Origin: Fidelibacterota bacterium
GTDB taxonomy: Bacteria; Fidelibacterota; UBA2242; JAFGTP01
Length of the DNA stretch: 64,000 nt
Direction: 5' to 3'
Assembly: GCA_016934035.1 (NCBI GenBank)
Contig: JAFGTP010000054.1
Coordinates: 14,778 to 78,777 of the forward strand
Part shown: positions 60,143-64,000 of the stretch, piece by piece
How the letters are laid out: each line of letters begins with the position of its first letter
Position numbering within the stretch: position 1 is the stretch's first letter
Translations under genes and position numbers: made by a program
The notes under the pieces: generated by a model
Told to the model about the DNA's origin: nothing
The model's input: the letters and a program-made list of their open reading frames with translations, nothing else
Databases searched by the model: none

Positions 60143-61614
60143 TCGATTATTGCTTTTTTATTTTCATAATCATAAAAAGTTTTACGGGTCAGATCAGCCA
60201 ATTTCAATTTATAGGTAATGTAAGCGGACAATCGCGATGTATAGGCATTATTCAGACGGTTTCTATTTAGGGCCAGATCCTGACTGTCGATATCGCCATT
60301 GGCAAAACGCTGAGTGCTGATTTCAAAGGATTTTTCTGCTACTACTACATTTTGTTCCAGCAATTCAAGGCGCCGCAAAGCGCTTTGAAGGTCATTGACT
60401 GTACTGCGAATGTCCCGCTGGACATTGACTTTTTCATTGGCAATGGTGTAATCTGCCCGACGGATTCTGGCTTTGGCGGCATTCACGCGGGCACGATTGA
60501 CACCCCAGTCCCAGACCGGAATGGAGATGTCCAAGGAAACACCCCGATTGCCGGTGCGTTCAAACATATTGTCAACAGCCCCGTCTATAGTGTTGGAATA
60601 GGCCATGTTGATGTCATTTTCGCCAACGCCAATAAAGTCATAATATCCGGAAATACTGCCGGTGATCTGTCCGGAGACACGGGTTTGCTTCAGACTGATC
60701 TCAGCCAGTTCCTTTGAGATTTCGCTTTCCCGTATTTCCAAACGATATTGCATGCCTCTATTGACGGCTTCTTCCAGATCCACGTAAACTTTGTTATAGG
60801 TAAGATCGTAATCCAGTTTTAATTCATCTTTCAGGTCAATGCCCAGCATTTGTTTGAGCCGGTCTTCATGGGCCTGGACATTGGACTGGGCGATGGAGTA
60901 ATTGTTTTCCGCCTCGGCCAGATCAACTTCCATTTGCAGGGCTTCTACTTCCGCGATGACGCCGGCCTTGTATTTGTTCTGGGCCAGGTTGCACGCCTCC
61001 TGTTGATAATCCAGGGTCTGCCGCGAAATTTTTTCTTGTTCCTGTGAAGAAACTAAATTGTAAAAATATTGGGAAACATCATATTTCAAATCCAGTTCGG
61101 CACGTCTGAGGGTTTTTTGCGATTGTTCGTAATTGAGTCGGGCCCGTTTCAATTCAGCCTGTATGCGATTGTAGGAGTAAACAGCTTCCAGCGGTTGCTC
61201 AAATCCGACTCGTGTATTTAACTGAAGAGTGTTTTTATCCCGAAAATAGTCACTGGTGGAATAGAATCCGGAACTGACGTAAATCTCACCATCCGTTGGT
61301 AAAGGTTGGTTTATGCGAAGCGAGGTGCTGTAAATGGCTTGTTTAATCGGTGTATAATAGACACCGAGGCTGTCTTCAAACCGCTGCATGGTTTCACGAT
61401 AATTAGGGGCTGTCAGGTTTAAACCGATATTGGTACGCAGGGAATTGGTGGCGGCTTTCAGTTCAAATTCTGCACTGAGAAAATTTTCTTTCAGCGTTTT
61501 CATCATATAACTTTGTGCCAGGGCTCTGTCCAGACATTTTTCAAAATTCAAAAAGTGGGTTTCGGCAATAACCGGTGTAATGGCGACAAGCAGTGTCAGT
61601 AAAAAATTTTTCAT
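60139..61614 (-). CDS. TolC-family outer membrane efflux protein
   Basis: Signal peptide and two OEP repeats (KYKAGVIAEVE; ISIPVWDWG; RFANG). Confidence 0.88.
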   Translation of the reverse strand: MKNFLLTLLVAITPVIAETHFLNFEKCLDRALAQSYMMKTLKENFLSAEFELKAATNSLRTNIGLNLTAPNYRETMQRFEDSLGVYYTPIKQAIYSTSLRINQPLPTDGEIYVSSGFYSTSDYFRDKNTLQLNTRVGFEQPLEAVYSYNRIQAELKRARLNYEQSQKTLRRAELDLKYDVSQYFYNLVSSQEQEKISRQTLDYQQEACNLAQNKYKAGVIAEVEALQMEVDLAEAENNYSIAQSNVQAHEDRLKQMLGIDLKDELKLDYDLTYNKVYVDLEEAVNRGMQYRLEIRESEISKELAEISLKQTRVSGQITGSISGYYDFIGVGENDINMAYSNTIDGAVDNMFERTGNRGVSLDISIPVWDWGVNRARVNAAKARIRRADYTIANEKVNVQRDIRSTVNDLQSALRRLELLEQNVVVAEKSFEISTQRFANGDIDSQDLALNRNRLNNAYTSRLSAYITYKLKLADLTRKTFYDYENKKAIID

Positions 61615-61649
61615 TTATCAATCCTTATTATTAATCAGTTTTTTAATAA

Positions 61650-62927
61650 TTATTCATATCTCAAGGCCTCAATGGGGTCCAGTTCCGCAGCTTTTTTAGC
61701 CGGGAAAAAACCGAAAAGGATGCCCACAAGACTGGAAACACCTACAGATAACAACACGGACCAGAGGCTGACAACCGTTTCCCAATCGGAGAAAGCGGTG
61801 ACTCCCCAGGACAACCCGTAACCCAGTATAATGCCAACAATGCCGCCTCCGAGACTGATGATGATTGCTTCCACCAGAAATTGATTGCGTATGTCTAGTT
61901 TGGTGGCGCCGAGTGAGCGTCGAAGACCGATTTCTTTAGTCCTTTCCAGGATGGACGCCAGCATAATATTCATGATGCCAATACCGCCAACCAGCAGTGA
62001 AATACCGGCAATGGCGCCCATGACGATATTGAAAATTCGCTGGGTCTCTTCGCTTTGTTTTAGCAGCTGTTCCGGCACAATGAGTTTGAAATTTTTATCA
62101 CCATTGTGTCTTCGGCTCAGTACTTTTTCAACGAAATCAGAAGTCGTTGTCACAAATTCGCTGTTGGTGACCTGAAGAATGATCTGGTCCAGTTCTGGCC
62201 TTGTGGGCTCTCGGTCGATACGGGATTCCATTGTCTGTATGGGTATGAATACCCGCTTGTTGAGGTTGACCTCAGTGTTTCCTGCCACGGATACCGGCTG
62301 ATATTCCAGGGTACCGATGACAGTAAACCAGACATCGTTGATACGGATTTTTTTGCCGACGGCCTCTTCTGCGTTAAATAAGGAAATCAACAGGTCGTGG
62401 CCCAAAATACAGACCCGGTTTCGCATAAGGTTGTCGTAATGGGAAAAATAACCGCCTTTATTCAGATTCATGCTCATCATCTGGAAATATTCCGGTTCCG
62501 TTCCGATCACCTCAGCCTCTTCAAACCTCACAGCAAAGTTTACTTCCATCTCTTCCTGCAAAATCGGAACGGCGGTCCTAATGGTAGGAATGACATTTTT
62601 TACACCTCTCAGGTCCTGGTAGTTAAGGACAATGCTGTTTTTGTTAAAATTATGGTCAGGTTCTGAGTGCTGAACAATAATATTGTTTAAACCTAGGGCC
62701 TGGATCTGGGACATGGTTTTTCGGCGTGCCCCTTCACCAATTGCGAGCATTGAGATGACTGAAGCGACGCCAAAAATAATGCCCAGCATGGTCAGGAATG
62801 TTCGGGTTTTGTGTTCCTGAAGCCCTTTGATGCTGATTTTCAATACTTCGCCGGCAATCAGGCTTAATTCCCGCCGTAGCAGGTTTCCATTGAATTGGGT
62901 GAGTTTTTTTAAGATATTTGCAGTCAT
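61650..62927 (-). CDS. MacB/FtsX-family ABC permease
   Basis: RTFLTMLGIIFGV, SLLVGGIGIMNIM...ERTKEIGLR..LGA and PAKKAA.LDPIEALRYE. Confidence 0.92.
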   Translation of the reverse strand: MTANILKKLTQFNGNLLRRELSLIAGEVLKISIKGLQEHKTRTFLTMLGIIFGVASVISMLAIGEGARRKTMSQIQALGLNNIIVQHSEPDHNFNKNSIVLNYQDLRGVKNVIPTIRTAVPILQEEMEVNFAVRFEEAEVIGTEPEYFQMMSMNLNKGGYFSHYDNLMRNRVCILGHDLLISLFNAEEAVGKKIRINDVWFTVIGTLEYQPVSVAGNTEVNLNKRVFIPIQTMESRIDREPTRPELDQIILQVTNSEFVTTTSDFVEKVLSRRHNGDKNFKLIVPEQLLKQSEETQRIFNIVMGAIAGISLLVGGIGIMNIMLASILERTKEIGLRRSLGATKLDIRNQFLVEAIIISLGGGIVGIILGYGLSWGVTAFSDWETVVSLWSVLLSVGVSSLVGILFGFFPAKKAAELDPIEALRYE

Positions 62928-62930
62928 AAT

Positions 62931-64000
62931 TTATCCGTGAATCATTACTCTGGGTTGGTGTTCCGGTCGTACGGCCTTTTGCATCAGTTTCTTTTCCTGT
63001 GGAACAATTCCAGCGTCTTCGGTTTTTATGAGCCGGATTTGGTCACCCTCTTTCAGCCCCTCTTCAACCAGGATCAGGTCGGAACTGACTTTGCTGGTTT
63101 TGACCGGAATGAATTTACCGAGGGCGTTATAGACCCCGATAACATCGTCTTTTTTGGTTACAGCATCAATGGGAATTGAAATGACATTTGGAATTTGTTC
63201 AACAATGATTTGGCAGTTGGCACTCATTCCGGGCTTCAGGGCATCGAATATTTCATTGATGACCACCTCCACCTCAAAGACTTTTTTGCCGCTGTCTTCA
63301 TCTTCGTGGGCCAGTGAAGCGATGTGGGTGATTTCTCCCTGAAATAATTTTTCCGGTAGAGCATCGATTCTGATATTGACTTTTTGCCCGATTTTCAGAG
63401 ATGAAATATTAACTTCGTTAACGTTAATTATCACTTTTTTGTTGGATTTGTCAGGAATTTCTAGCAGTTGCTGACTTCTCCAGGGGGTTGAGCCGACTTT
63501 GACTTTTTCCCGTCCGTTTGGTCCCCACAGCTGTTTGTATACGACAATGCCCTCGCCGGGTGAGGTAATGGTCAGTTTTTCGAGGTCCTCCCTGGCTCGC
63601 TGTAGGGAAATTTCCTCCTGGCTGACTTTCAGCTCTGCCTGGCGAAGGGAGGCTTTGTTGATTTCTTTGTTCTTTTCTATTTTGTCCACCAACTGTTGAT
63701 AGGAAATTTCTGCTTTTTTGAGAGAATATTCGATTTCTTTGCGCTTGTTTTCAGCTTCATATTGAGCATTTTTTGCTCTTAACCGGGTTTGTTCTAGACT
63801 GTATTCTTCGATTTTTAACTGACTTTCCAGATCAGCTCTGGTTTTTTCGATATTGGCCACTTCACTTTCATAGGCGGCCCGGGCCTTTTCCAGTTCATTT
63901 TCAAGGGTTTGAATACGCTCGGTAAATTGGGTCGGGTCAAACTGTATCAGGAAATCGCCTTGTTTGACATATTGGCCTTCATCCACAAGTTTGATGATGC
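62931..64000 (-). CDS. MacA-like efflux periplasmic adaptor (5' end outside window)
   Basis: V.EG..VK.GD lipoyl half, long coiled coil, ITSP..G, LKPGMSA and GLKEGD; frame is open at the window edge. Confidence 0.88.
   Translation of the reverse strand, partial: IIKLVDEGQYVKQGDFLIQFDPTQFTERIQTLENELEKARAAYESEVANIEKTRADLESQLKIEEYSLEQTRLRAKNAQYEAENKRKEIEYSLKKAEISYQQLVDKIEKNKEINKASLRQAELKVSQEEISLQRAREDLEKLTITSPGEGIVVYKQLWGPNGREKVKVGSTPWRSQQLLEIPDKSNKKVIINVNEVNISSLKIGQKVNIRIDALPEKLFQGEITHIASLAHEDEDSGKKVFEVEVVINEIFDALKPGMSANCQIIVEQIPNVISIPIDAVTKKDDVIGVYNALGKFIPVKTSKVSSDLILVEEGLKEGDQIRLIKTEDAGIVPQEKKLMQKAVRPEHQPRVMIHG

Overview
Bacterial chromosomal window around a replication origin, with no mobile elements, CRISPR arrays or RNA genes that I can support. 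The organism is probably a non-Bacteroidota member of the FCB superphylum (Marinimicrobia/Calditrichota/Ignavibacteria-like). This is inferred from T9SS-like C-terminal sorting domains together with GGAG Shine-Dalgarno sites and TTGACA/TATAAT promoters. The left third holds rpmH-rnpA-yidD-yidC-mnmE-mnmG-mfd, three parvulin PPIases, a DnaA-box-rich intergenic region (probable oriC) and dnaN-recF-dciA-gyrB-gyrA, but no dnaA. Three parS palindromes sit exactly on start or stop codons of mnmG and mfd. Next come an eroded yggT / DivIVA-like / PNP-like cluster, amino-acid fermentation genes (buk, ptb, tryptophanase), regulators and an ABC module. The right part has two large secreted multidomain proteins, a beta-barrel plus ComEA-like HhH barrel pair linked to amidase-mpl-folC, rho, a hybrid kinase and a MacAB-TolC-type exporter cut by the window edge. 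The best candidate for an undescribed system is the six-lamin-tail-domain surface protein together with the PorV/PorP-like barrel and the HhH-barrel, a possible outer-membrane DNA capture module. All protein calls come from motif recognition only; no searches were run.
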